This document shows positions 49,689 to 62,585 of a DNA stretch of 64,000 bases, in pieces (within the stretch, counting starts at the first letter, position 1; the number at the start of each line of letters is the position of its first letter). The position numbers were made by a program, and so were the translations under genes. The notes under the pieces are model-generated. The model was not told the DNA's origin, did no database searches, and worked only from the letters and a program-made list of their open reading frames with translations. Origin of the DNA: Octopus sinensis (lineage: Eukaryota); contig NC_043000.1 of the NCBI RefSeq assembly GCF_006345805.1, positions 54,436,001 to 54,500,000 on the forward strand, given 5' to 3'.

Positions 49689-49691
49689 TTG

Positions 49692-49734
<43 letters not shown>

Positions 49735-49780
49735 AATCATTATTGTTGTTGTTACTGCTGTTGTTGTTGTTGCTGTTATT

Positions 49781-49996
49781 TATGGCGGATAGCTGGCAGA
49801 ATCGTTATCACGCCGGGTAAAATGCTTAGCGACATTTTGTGTGTCCTTACGTTCTGATTTCAAATTGCATCGAGGTCGATTTTGCCTTTCATCATTTCGG
49901 GGTCGATAACTCAAGTACCAGTGAAATATTGGCGTCGCTTACATCGACTTGTTCCCCCTCTCAAAATTTCAGGCCTTGTGCCTATAATAGAAAGGA
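49781..49996 (+). mobile_element. SINE family B
   Basis: GGCGGATAGCTGGCAGAATCGTTA..TTCAAATTGC..GAGGTCGATTTTGCC; tail GGCCTTGTGCCTATAATAGAAAG. Confidence 0.85.
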
Positions 49997-51709
49997 CTGT
50001 TGTTGTCGTTGTTGCTGCTGCTGTTGTTGTTGTTGCTTTTGTTGTTACTCGATTAAATCTTTGCCAAGTAATTTAACTCTCACTCACTTTCGATAAAGGT
50101 ATAAACATTCCTAATCAAAGTATTACTTTTATATTAGGTGTTACGTTAATGACGATATAAACATTAAATGCAAGTATTTGATGGTGTACAAGTTTATTCT
50201 GTGTGCAGAACCATATTAAATTCAAATAGCGTTTAAGTGTTTGTCTAAACCATTTCAGTATCTTTACATTCGTTGACTTGTTATTTAACGAAGGAGTTGA
50301 AATCTATAATCGAATGAATTATATAAAATTTTACTAAATAACCACACGGTGCTTGCTATGAATATCGAGGACATTTATTCTCATTATGTTTGTTAACATA
50401 TACGTCAATTAGCCTTTATCCGATATCATGTTATACTCAATCACTTAATATTTAGTTTTAGTAATTTGAACTTTGTCTGCTCGAGACGATTGATCTCTGA
50501 ATATCAGAGTGTTGGACACCGTCTACATTTCTTGTAATGTGTTCAGAATTTCCGACTGATTCTTTGAACGAAAGATTTTGTTTAACGATAAAACTAAATG
50601 GTTATTAAAAGACAAATATCTGAAAGTAAAGCAGCTGGGAGGAAATTTAGTTCTAGTGATAATGTTCGGCGGTTCAGCAGATAAACTTACATCTTACAAT
50701 ATTTATATAATAGGGAACTTTCATTTCGTTTAACTAAAACGTACACAGACAAGATAAACAAATGTACAACCTATGCGCATCATATATACATTATTGGAAT
50801 TATTAAGATCAGAAAGAAAGTGATATTGAATGATAACACTACGAAGAAAAACACATGTCTTTTTTTAAGCAGTTTGTGTAAAATTTAGCTCTTGTACTCA
50901 GTTCCTTCTGACAAACAAAGTCTCAGATGTTAGGGGAAAACTAATTATCCACTTACCAAACTCATAAGTACAATCAGTATGTTTATCATGTCGACTACAA
51001 AATAGCGTAGAATATAGAGAGGAAGAGAAATTTATTAAAATCGATCATTAATTGTAGCTAGAGACTTCTCTAATGTACATAATACTTTACTTCTTTACAC
51101 TTGCCCAGAGAGAGAGAGAGAGAGGGTTAAGGCCATTTCTGTTTTTGGTTCACACACTTAAGAACTGAACCAGCAGATATATGGTTAAAATCTTACCAGG
51201 CGTCGCAAAGGGGTGTACTTCTATATTAGAGGCTATATTATCTGATGCTTTTTTCTTCATATATGATGTTAGGATATGTGCTGTGGGTGTTCTGCACGGG
51301 AGGAGTGAGTGGGTACGTTATCAACTTTCTTTGGGTAGCGTAGGGCCAAAATAAGAAGTTTAGAATGAAAATTGAAAACAGGATTTTTACACTAACCTTC
51401 CTATTTTGTGAAAATTGAACACAGGATTTTTAACGGGAAATATTTTTCGGTAAATCAAGTAATACTTAACAATTAAACTGCACACTTTTACTTGGGTAGG
51501 TTCAAGGAGCATAGCGCATTTCCTGGCAAATTTATCTTTCAATTACGTACGTAAAGATACATGTGCATGATACATACGTAGATACATTTGCGTATATTAG
51601 TGAAAGAGATGATTTATTTTAGAATAATTATGCATTTATAAATGTATTAACCTGAATGAAAATTAATGAATGCATACACATTTGTATATATTTATGTATA
51701 CATATTTGA

Positions 51710-51848
51710 AACTCTCTCTCTCTCTATCTATCTCTATCTGTGTGTATATATATATATATTATATATATATATATATATTATATATATATATATATGTATA
51801 CATGTAAAGATATATATGTATGTGTATATATATATATATATATACATT

Positions 51849-51888
<40 letters not shown>

Positions 51889-51935
51889 CACACGCACACA
51901 TGCACATACATTCACACACACATATATATATATAT
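51710..51935. repeat. Compound CT/TA/CA microsatellite
   Basis: Direct reading. Confidence 0.9.
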
Positions 51936-52578
51936 GTATGTCTGCATCAGGTTTTGTGCATGTATAATTACATGTATTCACTGAACATCCGGTAGCATCA
52001 TGCAAACGAATGAAATGCATTCAGCAAATACACTGAGTGTATTTGGAGAATGATTTTGCCCGTTATTATGAATGCAGCGATTGTGTTGAAGACAGGAAAT
52101 GTAGAGCTAATGTCACTATTTTGTTCTCGACGTTTTAGAAGGAAGAACAATAAGTGATGTAAATCATTTCGATTTTCATTTATTCTGTTCCTCAGTGATT
52201 TAAAGTTTCTCGTCAGTTATATGCAAAATTAATCATCTATTATTTATATTTTCTTCGGAATTCTATTTCCACTTTTATTATTTTTATAAGATAAACTGAT
52301 ATAAAATTCAGACATAACTTTATTAACTACAAGTAATGTGAAAAAGGAAGAAACGACATCATAGATTAAAAGTAGTACTACTGTGTGTGTGTGGTTTAGT
52401 GTATTCGCTTCGTTTTGACATGGTTTCTGATTCAGTCTTTCAGCTCAGTACCATTGTTTGGTGTCATGTTATTTACCACAGCGCCGGGGGAACGTAAACG
52501 TGAAACCAGCAAAAAAGACGGCTACTGTGAGATAGCACGTTGTATACGGTGTATTTGTTCTACTTCAGTAGACTTTAC

Positions 52579-52650
52579 CTGTCATCAGCGAATTCTTTGC
52601 CTCGATTACATGGTGTACAGCGCGATCAGTTGTAAGCATTTGGTTCACGT
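52579..52650 (-). CDS. Candidate 72-nt symmetric (phase 1-1) exon; unresolved against an overlapping plus-strand candidate at 52569-52631
   Basis: Acceptor TTGGTTATTTTAACCCATAG and donor CAG|GTAAAG. Only one frame is open: xVNQMLTTDRAVHHVIEAKNSLMT. No homology recognised. Confidence 0.25.
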
Positions 52651-52991
52651 CTATGGGTTAAAATAACCAATGAATCATGAAATGGGAAAAATAAAAAAAA
52701 ACAGGCCGCATATGGATTTGTGTTGACGTGTGTAAAAATGCTAAATAATCACTATAACCAGACTTTTGAATTAAAAGAATATCGCGTATTAACATATTTA
52801 TGATTGATGCGAATATAATAATACACAATCAGTTGCATACCAGTTAGAATACAAATATGTTCTTTCTAAAAAGAATCTAAACGCTAAAGAACAAAAAAGT
52901 TGTTAGACGTATCATATTGATACGCATATAAATATTCATATCACCTTGGATATTTTTACATGCATATTTTCCGCATGGATTTACTTATTCT

Positions 52992-53430
52992 TCTACTCTT
53001 TTACTCTTTTACTCTTTTACTTGTTTCAGGCATTTAACTGTGGCCATGCTGGAGCACTGCTTTTAGTGGAGCACCGCCTTTAATCGAGCAAATCGACCCC
53101 AGGACTTATTCTTTGTAAGCCTAGCACTTGTTCTATCGGTCTCTTATGCTGAACCGCTAAGTTACGGGGACGTAATCACACCAGCATCGGTTGTCAAGCG
53201 ATGTTGGGGGAACAAACACAGACACACAAACACATACACACATACATATATATATGTATATACACATGTACGACGGGCTTCTTTCAGTTTTCGTCTACCA
53301 AATCCACTCACAAGGCCTTGGTCGGCCAGAAGCAATAGTAGAAGACACTTGCCTAATGTGCCACGCAGTGGGACTGAACCCGGAACCATGTAGTTCTTAA
53401 GGAAGCTACTTACCACACAGCCACTCCTAC
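52992..53430 (-). mobile_element. SINE family A, well preserved
   Basis: Full head GTAGGAGTGGCTGTGTGGTAAGTAGCTT and tail (AAAAGAGT)n on the minus strand. Confidence 0.9.
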
Positions 53431-54099
53431 TTCTTTAAATTGCAAATAATAAAACTTTTGAAGTATCACTTAAACCATAACTCAGTTCAAATACTGATTT
53501 CTTACATTAACAGCCGACGAGGGTATCGTCAACAGCTACTACTACTCGATTTATTGTCAGGCCAATGGTATCGAGAGAACAAAAGATATGGATAAAATAC
53601 ACTTTGTAATGTAGCTGGCGAAAGATAAGAAACATCATCATTTAAAGTCACTTTAGTGTCTTGAAAAAACAATATATATTCACCTTGATATTACGACGAA
53701 CTGGACTTCATATATGTCGTATATATTATTGTATATAATATTGTAATTAGGAATGGCATCTGGCCCTAGAAATTATGCTGCAAAAAGAAAATACTAGCAA
53801 GAGGTGATCTATGATGTGTGAAGAAGAGTATGAACTAGCTGCAATAAAAATTGGTTCATACTGTAATGACTCATCAATCCTACTTTAGGTTAGAATGTAT
53901 CTGAAAATTATGACGAGACCAAAGCAGCTTTGTAAAGAAAGGTATCAAAAGAGCATATATCATTTGTTATATTTAACCGTAAATTCGATATAATTACGGC
54001 AAGATATACAGGTAAACATTTGGTACACATTATCAGCACCTAATTCTTTCGCTTTTTCTGTGTGTATATATATTTTGAATTTGTTTTAATCGTTAAACC

Positions 54100-54370
54100 A
54101 ACACAGGTTATCAAGGTGGTGAACAAACAGGCACACACACACATTTATACATACACTCAAACATACATACATGCATACATACATACATACACACAGACAC
54201 ACACTCACAAACACACACAGAAACACACACATACATTTCAATTTCCATCTATCAAATATTCTGAGAAGGGTCTAGCCAGTGTGAGGCTATAATGATTGTC
54301 GCTTTTCCAATTTGTTACGCGGTAGAACTGAACCCGAAGTTATATGTTTGGGAAGCCAACTTCATACCTC
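54100..54370 (-). mobile_element. SINE family A, diverged 5' half
   Basis: TCAATTTCCATCTATCAAAT..GTAGAACTGAACCCGAAG..GGGAAGCCAACTTC resembles the family A head in reverse. Confidence 0.5.
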
Positions 54371-54389
54371 ACGGCATTCCTACATCTGT

Positions 54390-54468
<79 letters not shown>

Positions 54469-54735
54469 TATATATATATATATTATATATATATATATAT
54501 ATATGCATATATATATATATATATATATGTATGTATATAAATATGAGTGTGTGTATATGTATAAAGAGAGGGAGACACTCGAATGTATGTATATGTGTGA
54601 ATGAATACATGCATGCACATTCATGAACAATATATGTGCGCGTACGTGTTGGTGTGTGTGTGTGCGTACGTGTCTGTGTGTATGCGTGTGTTTGTGTGTG
54701 TGTGTGTGTGTTTGTTTTGTTGTGTATATATGTGT
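54390..54735. repeat. Long (TA)n plus (TG)n compound microsatellite
   Basis: Direct reading. Confidence 0.95.
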
Positions 54736-55723
54736 ATAAGCATCTTGCATAATGAAGCAATTTTCTAGAACTCCAGATTTTCTGAAGGCAATAAAACATT
54801 TTGTATTTATTTCAGTTGCCTTATAAAAATTAGAATTATAAACGACACGACTTTACACTTTGGCTGTACTTATAAGACTTCATTCATGATGTACCTACAG
54901 ATCAGATTCCCGTTAAATTTACATTTCATTTAATTGAATTTTATAACTAATGTAGAGATAAGATTTCGGAAGTGTCATCGTGGTATGCATATGCATATGC
55001 TCAAATTGTATATTTTGTCTTGATATTATTGCAGGCATGGATTTATGATCTCTGGGGTATTAAATACTTGTGGAATAATTATCTGTAGATTATTATCACC
55101 ATTTATGTCAGGGCAGGATTAAAATATCAATGTACAAAATTTGTTTGCGGTTCCTATTTGAGACAAATATTCGATTTTGTGATCGTTTCTCATTATTCCA
55201 GAATGTTCAGCTTTCATGTTTCATAGATTTTCACTAAAATTTTAATCTATTCATTTACATTTTATATTTCATTGAATAAATACATTGCTATCTCTTCGAC
55301 AGTATTCTAATCTGGTGGTATTAAGTCTTCCCTATCAGTATAATCGACTCTAACAAAAGTATATTATGCGTTTGCATACGATACATAATAGTATTGATAT
55401 AATAAAATAATAATGGAATAGGCGAAAAGAATACGATGAATTCCAAATCACATTTCAATATTTTCATGTAAGGGGTAATAAATTTTATTACTGAATTCTA
55501 CATAGAATAACATACGTTAATGAAATTTTGTGACTTGAATTGCTTAAAGTGGGCTAAATTAAAAACAAAAGTTTCAGATACTTTACATTCAGCATAGGGA
55601 AATTTATGTATAAAGTCTAATGCGGAAACAAAATCTGTATTTTATATTACTTGAACGGCTGAAGATTTTTATTATATTCTTCAATTCAAACTTTATCTGA
55701 TAATTCCTTGATGGCTCTATATT

Positions 55724-56153
55724 CTTTTCTGTTCTAGGTACAAAGCCCGAAATTTGGGGGAGGGGCCAGTCGATTAGATCGATCCCAGCACGCAACTGGC
55801 ATTTAATTTATCGACCCCGAAAGGATGAAAGGCAAAGGCGACCTCGGAGGAATTTGAGCACAAAACATAAAGACAGTCGAAATACCTCTAAGCACTTTAC
55901 GCAGTGTGGTAACGTTTCTTATTTCTTTATTGCCCACAAGGGGCTAAACATAGGGGGGACAAACACGGACAGACAAAGGGATTAAGTCGATTACATTGAC
56001 CCCAGTGCGTAGCTGGTACTTAATTTACCGAACCGGAAATTATGAAAGGGAAAGTCGACCTCGGCGGAATTTGAACTCAAAACGTAAAGACAGTCGAAAT
56101 ACCGCTAAGCACTTCATCCAGCGTACTAACGTTTCTGCCAGCTTGCCGCCCTC
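55724..56153 (-). mobile_element. SINE family B dimer with an 18-bp TSD around the whole dimer
   Basis: CCTTGATGGCTCTATATT (55706-23) versus CCTTGATGGATTTATATT (56154-71), 16/18 match. Confidence 0.88.
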
Positions 56154-56179
56154 CCTTGATGGATTTATATTGTAACTGC

Positions 56180-56253
<74 letters not shown>

Positions 56254-56952
56254 AATATATATATATATATGTATGTATGTGTCTATGTGTGTGTGTGTGT
56301 AATGTTACTAATCTTTTTTAGTGTGAAGCTGCAATTAATTCGTTTTATATTTACTTAGTGTTCGAGAGACATCGCAAATCGTGCTTGTGCCAGAATATAT
56401 AGCAAATGTTATAAGGTCAATTGTAAATAGAGATCGTTCCCACCCACATCTTTCCGAATAAGCTGATGACACTAGATTAACGATGTTTGATTGCCTGAGT
56501 CTCTTTTTAACTCTTCCTACGACTGATATGATGAAAGTGTACTCGTTGAAACGTTTGCTAGGTATAGAGTCTCTGAATAGCCGACAGTTTTCCAGCGATA
56601 GTTCAGAATGCACAATACACTAATTGCAAAAAACAAAAAAATTACCATGCTATTGATACATTGTACCATGTATTGGACTGTCATTGTCCTGTTGTCTTCA
56701 GTTATTAGATTTCTTTAACTCATGACATATATAATTAAAGCTGCTACTGAAATCGAGTTACAGAATACCTAGTATGGTTTAATAATATCAAGTAATTTAA
56801 TGTTCTGATTGGATGATAAAATCTGGGTATTAATTTATTTCTAATCCTACAGTCAACACCAATACTCAATTATATGCTGTAAGCAACTGAGCTAATAATA
56901 AACACGATCGTTAGGATCCGAACCAACTGATTAGTATGTAATTATATATATT

Positions 56953-56985
<33 letters not shown>

Positions 56986-57957
56986 AGAGATAAATACAAA
57001 CATACATACATATATACATCCGTGCAGTTGTAGGCACATCTACGTTCTTGTCGCGAAATAATGCTTTCACTTAATGATGTTTTCTCTATTAATTAAAATA
57101 CAATTCAAGAAACCTTTCTAATAAAAGCGGAGTGAGAAGTGAGTGAGAGTAAGAGAATGGTATAACTAAACGGGTAGTCACATTACAACTTATTCTAAGT
57201 TTTCATATTCTTTCTTCGTACTTCCTCTTCGCGTTTAAAATCCCCATAACTTGCCTACTTCATTTTTCAGTTTAATTCAACATCTCATTTCTCAGAATCT
57301 TCTGTTTTAATTTCTTTCTCACCTTCTCAAATCCGTTTTTGCATGTGTTTTTCTCTATCTCTGTATCACCATTATCAAGACTGACGTCACTGCAGGCAAC
57401 TTCACTATCGTGAGTATCTTTACCAACAGAAGGTTATTTATTTACCATATATGACATACACAAATGATAGATATCAATATCAGATAACAAGTTTTGGCTT
57501 TTGTTTTTGACTGATGGTTCCTTTGTTTGCCAAGTGCAAGAAGAAAGAAGTAACCGATTTTAGAGTTGAAAGGATGGAGAAATAGTGAGTTACAAAAGTG
57601 GCAGAACAGATGCTTTGAACGCTGGGACATTCACTGTCTCAGCAGTTTGTACGATAAGCCAGGCATGCCAATGAGATTCCTTAACTAAAGAGGAGGGGCG
57701 AAAAGCAAAGTGAGAGCGAGTAACAGGTAATTGAGTACGGAAGGTAACAGTTTTAGAGACAGGAAATTTTCTATTATAGCAAACTAAGGAGAATGCATAG
57801 AATTTAAGTACGGGAGAAAGCAGAATTCATTTGAAAAATAAAAATAAAACACACGCATGTATGCGCGTATATATATCTATATTTCTATCTATACCATATA
57901 TACATACATACATGCGCACGCACACAGACATACACACACAGATATGTATGTATATTT

Positions 57958-58310
57958 GTAAGAATCTTGCTTTCCAGCCACATGGTGCTAAGTTCAGTCC
58001 CACTTCCTGCCACCTTGGGCAAGTATCTTCTACTTATAGCCTCGGGTCGATCAAAGCCTTGTCAGTGGATTCAGTAGACGGAAGCTGAAAGAAGACCGTC
58101 GTGTATATGTTCTTTTATTCTTTTATTTCTTTCAATCATTTGACTTCAGCCATGCTGAAGCACTACCTTGCAGGGATTTTTAGTCGAAGAAATCAATCCC
58201 AAGACTTATTCTTTGTAAGCTAAGTACTTATTCTAAAGGTGTCTTTTGTCGAACCGAATCGGTTGTCAAGTGTTGGTGGGGGCAGAGACTGACCCCAAAA
58301 ACACATACAC
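57958..58310. mobile_element. SINE family A with the head on plus (57958-58108) and the 3' half on minus (58109-58310)
   Basis: The head ends GAAAGAAGACCGTCGTGTATATG. It is followed directly by the reverse complement of the tail (TTCTTTTATTCTTTTA..CAGCCATGCTG..GGTTGTCAAG). Confidence 0.75.
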
Positions 58311-58379
58311 ATAAATATATACATACACATATATATATATGTGCACACAAATATCTATATATATATATATAATATATAT

Positions 58380-58430
<51 letters not shown>

Positions 58431-58431
<1 letters not shown>

Positions 58432-58973
58432 GTGGTATTCATCAACTTTTAGACATTATATTAAGTTAATTTATTAAAAAAAACACAATTATTACAATAT
58501 ACATACATGTATAACATATTAGGCTTTACATATATAATATATAAAAAATACCAGTAATTATTAAAATTTATAACGTAGAACATAGAAAGTAGAATGTTCT
58601 ACATTCTATATTCTACTTTCTATGTTCTAAGTTATATATTTTAATGATTACTGGTATTTTATATATTACACATGTAAAGCATTATATGTTATACATATAT
58701 GTATATAGCTATAATTGTTTTATTAAATGAATAGGTTCATTATAATGTCTACAAGTTGATGAATAACATCTCTTCATCCCCTCCATTTTCTTATTGCCGT
58801 ATAAATTAAGGGTAAAACAACTTTTTACCCTCACCCATTTATTACACTCAATAGTGTAATTGCCATACAATGGAAAAATACTGGTGTATTTATAATTGGG
58901 TATTTGCCAGCAGTGTATTGGATAGATATTATCTCTTAGTTGGTTGTATTCACAACCTCTAACTCTCTTGGAA
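58431..58973. mobile_element. Tail-to-tail pair of the ~360-bp TA-flanked family: truncated plus copy 58431-58594 and full minus copy 58612-58973
   Basis: An inverted repeat of about 165 bp around a 16-nt spacer. TA tracts on both outer sides. Homologous to 29658-30015. Confidence 0.8.
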
Positions 58974-59104
58974 TTATATATATATATATATATATACTCA
59001 ATATAAAATAGTGTACATTTAAACACAAGAGAAAACTACCTTTAAGAGGTAATTTTTACACGCTAGAAGAAGCAGTCAAAACGACATTTAAGATCAATTA
59101 TGAA

Positions 59105-59158
59105 TATATATATAGAGATAGATAGATAGATAGCTAAATAGATAGGTAGATAGATAGG

Positions 59159-59204
<46 letters not shown>

Positions 59205-59205
59205 T
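59105..59205. repeat. (GATA)n microsatellite
   Basis: Direct reading. Confidence 0.95.
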
Positions 59206-59224
59206 ACACACATATACACGATGA

Positions 59225-59370
59225 TACTTTTCTTTTAGTTTCTATCTACCAAATCAACTCACAAGTCTTTGGTCGGCACTTGCCCAAGGAACCACTCAGC
59301 AGGACTGAATCCGGAACCATGCGGTTGGGAATTAGGTTTCTTGCAACATACCCACGCCTGCGTTTGTTTA
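59225..59370 (-). mobile_element. SINE family A head fragment
   Basis: CTACCAAATC..CTCACAAG..GGTCGGC..GGACTGAATCCGGAACCATG. Confidence 0.7.
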
Positions 59371-59599
59371 TATATATATATACATATGTATGAGTGTGTG
59401 TGTGTGTGTGTGTTTAAATAGATAGAGGGAAATAGAGGGAGATAGACAAATAGATGGAGAGAGAGAGTGTGTGTGACTGTGATAGAGGAAGAGAGAAGCT
59501 GACAAAAACAATAATACCGAGGAAGATATATCGATGGTAAAATGAATAAAAATAACCAAAGAAGACAAAATAAGAAAATATGACGACGCTCAAACAAAA

Positions 59600-59775
59600 T
59601 AGTAATTTCAAATTTTGGAACAAGGCCAGGAATTTAGGCGAAGAGCAAGTAAATAACATTGATCCCCGTGCTCAACTAGTACTTACTTTATCGACCCAAA
59701 AATGATGAACAGCAAAGTCGACTTTAGTGCAATTTGAACTCAGAACGTAATGGCGAATGAAACGCAGCTACGCAT
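59600..59775 (-). mobile_element. SINE family B, diverged
   Basis: AAATTTTGGAACAAGGCC..TTTATCGACCC..AAAGTCGAC..AATTTGAACTCAGAACGTAA. Confidence 0.7.
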
Positions 59776-61453
59776 TATACTAACATACTCAACAAAATAA
59801 CATACTCAACAAAATATTTGAATTTAAATGAATGTTGAGCAGAAATATACCATGTCATTTTGGTTTAGCTATGTTTTTGCCTCCTATTGAATTAAGAAAT
59901 TATTTAAACATTTTACGTAGAAACATTTAAGGTACGCATTTGTTCATACAATTGAAAAGCCCCTATTTTCGAATCATATTGCCTTGCATTTCCCACTGAC
60001 GTCTAAGAAACTTATACAATATGCAAATATGATCTTCACTTTTTAAATAGGGAAATAAATTGAAATATCTATATTATTACGTCTTCCTTAAAATTGTAAT
60101 TTTGTGGGGGCATGTTATTTCCGTATTCATTCATATACACCATCACACTAAACTACATTTCCATTTACAAATACATTTCAATTCAAAGAATATTGCATTT
60201 TAAATTGAATTTATTTTCTCCTACAATTATGAAAAGCTCGTTTCCATTTAAAATATCTATGTCATAGATTTCTTGCTTGATGACTTTATAAAGTATATAT
60301 GATACGTGACTATTTCTAGGCTCTTTCGTGATAAATTTCATTGAATACAATATTTCTCTCATTTGTTCTTATCTTACGACCACCCTCATATTGACAAGTA
60401 CCCATAATACCAGGTAGTTGATTAATTGAAGTGTACCTTTCTCTCTCTCTCTCTCTTTTCGCTATCTCTCTCTCTCTCTCTCTCAATATATTGCTCTGGT
60501 GACTAAGAAATAAATCATTACATTACAAATTTAGAATCTTTAGTCTAGATTTTTCTATCAAAGGGGAGGAAAGGAAAATCGATTTATGTTGAAATTGTAA
60601 TTTTATTTATGATGTATAAAATTTGAAGCGTGAAAAGATATTTTTCGTCCCAATAGATAGGTGGAAGGAAGATCAATAACCATAAATCACTTTCTCCTAA
60701 TTGAACAAGAGAAGCTCTTTCGAATTCACGTTATAGGTAAATTTGTCTTTTGAACTAACGTGTTATTCGACCTCTGTAATCGGGTTCGAATTACTGTTTG
60801 GTGCTAATTAGAATATATTTATACGAGATCAAAGTGCCATAAAGCTGAACTGAAATACTGTATATCAAAAGTTAGGGATTTCAATAGATGAGTCACAATA
60901 ATTGAAAGTATATTAAATTTCAGCATAGAACATATATTCTGCTGGCATTGGTCGAATACTGATATCCTGTTGTTAAAATTACGGCAAGGATATGTCGTGA
61001 GAAGGTCATGGAAAAGTTATCAGATATTATTTAAAATAATCCATCAGCTTAAGTTTCCCTTTACTAGAGAAAATAAATTGATTAATTATACTAAATGTCA
61101 AAAGTGTACTGAACCCACTTCCTCCAGCAAATTAAAATATGCCTGAAAACTTTTAGGTAAAGATCAGAAATTACATTTTGAAAGATATTCCTGGAGCTTT
61201 GCAATAGGAAACACTGCACATATAAACACAGTTGTATACCTCAACGTAGTTCAAATGAGGTTGATTTTATTAAAATCTACCCAGACTGCGAATTTGTGTT
61301 TTTAAAAACAGAATTATAATAAGGTTGGAGCTAGTTACTCGAAATTCTTGCTTCGTATATAAGCACAACCAGATTGATTGGTGTTTTTTATCTCTAAAGT
61401 AGACCTAATATCGTACGAGTTTTCTTTACGACAGTCGTGTTTGATTTTGTTAT

Positions 61454-61504
<51 letters not shown>

Positions 61505-61646
61505 TAATCTGAGAAATTAAACAAATTAATCTCATCTAAACTGACTGCTAGCATGGACTATCAGCACGGATTGTTGGCACGGATCATTATGGTGAACTGA
61601 ATTTCGCAATTAATCATATTAATCTGTATATATAAAAGGCAGGATG

Positions 61647-61677
<31 letters not shown>

Positions 61678-62175
61678 TGTGTGTGTGTGTGTGTGTACGT
61701 GAATGTAATTTATGCATGTCCACAAATTAACACGCATGTCGCTGCAATTTTAGGAAGACATTCGACTTGAACCTAGCTGTATTTTCGTCAACTTATTCTT
61801 CATAGAGGCACCAGAAAATGGCAGTAAAAATAAAGTTTCGGCCAAAACTTTCAACAATTTTCAAGTCGGAGAAATAACCATTGTTTGCAAACAGGAGTTA
61901 AGTCCCCTTCTAGCGAGGAGTAATTTTTGTAAGACTTTTGCTGTTTTTTTCAATCGAGGAAAAAAAGTCCTTTGTTGATATTCGGGCAGCACACACAAAC
62001 ACACACGAACATGTATGCGTACAAAAAAACATGTATGCAATAGGTATGCGCGAGTATATGTGTGTGTGTTGCCCATATATATATAGGGAGAATTCACGAA
62101 AAAACAAAAGACGAAGAAATGTGGTGTAGAAAAAAAACACATGTATTAGTATAACGTTCGGGGATTGAAAAAGTA

Positions 62176-62209
62176 TTTAACGTTTCGAGCCTACGCTCTT
62201 CCACAGAAA
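62176..62209 (-). ncRNA. Minimal hammerhead-like motif with one core substitution
   Basis: The minus strand reads UUU-CUGUGGA-A-GAGC-GUAG-GCUC-GAAAC-GUU-AAA. It has a 4-bp stem II, a palindromic AACGUU stem III and a 3-bp stem I; core A6 is changed to U. Confidence 0.45.
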
Positions 62210-62449
62210 GGAACACAGAAAGAGAGAAACAAGGAGAAAGAAAAAATGTGTGTAGTGGTTACCGATCTATCATGACAAATGGTAAAGCGGGGAGAATGGG
62301 AGAAGATGAAAAGAGAAAAGAAATAGATGGGGAGGGAGGGAAAGTAACAAGTGCAGATTAGAGAAAACCGAGTAAGAACATCCAGAGTAGGAAGACACGA
62401 CAAAAGGAAAGAACAGAATGTACAGGAAAGTTTAGATAGTATAAAATAA

Positions 62450-62513
<64 letters not shown>

Positions 62514-62528
62514 GTAATAATAATAATG

Positions 62529-62583
<55 letters not shown>
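62450..62583. repeat. (AAT)n microsatellite
   Basis: Direct reading. Confidence 0.95.

Positions 62584-62585
<2 letters not shown>

Noticed and set aside
56455-56565. CTGATGA ... GAAACGTTT as another hammerhead
   Set aside because: Neither stem I nor stem II closes convincingly.
57300-57700. Cluster of strong splice-like signals on both strands (minus acceptor near 57685, donors near 57445 and 57322; plus 30-nt frame TDVTAGNFTI)
   Set aside because: No single consistent stop-free exon could be assembled and no homology was recognised; RNA-seq is needed.
59780-59820. Short tandem duplications (17-bp here; ~20-bp at 12627-12680)
   Set aside because: Ordinary slippage products.
670-62403. Dozens of track ORFs rich in Y/I/C/V/H/T, poly-I, poly-N, poly-S or poly-L
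   Set aside because: They are translations of TA, CA, TG, AAT and AGT microsatellites or SINE bodies, not genes.
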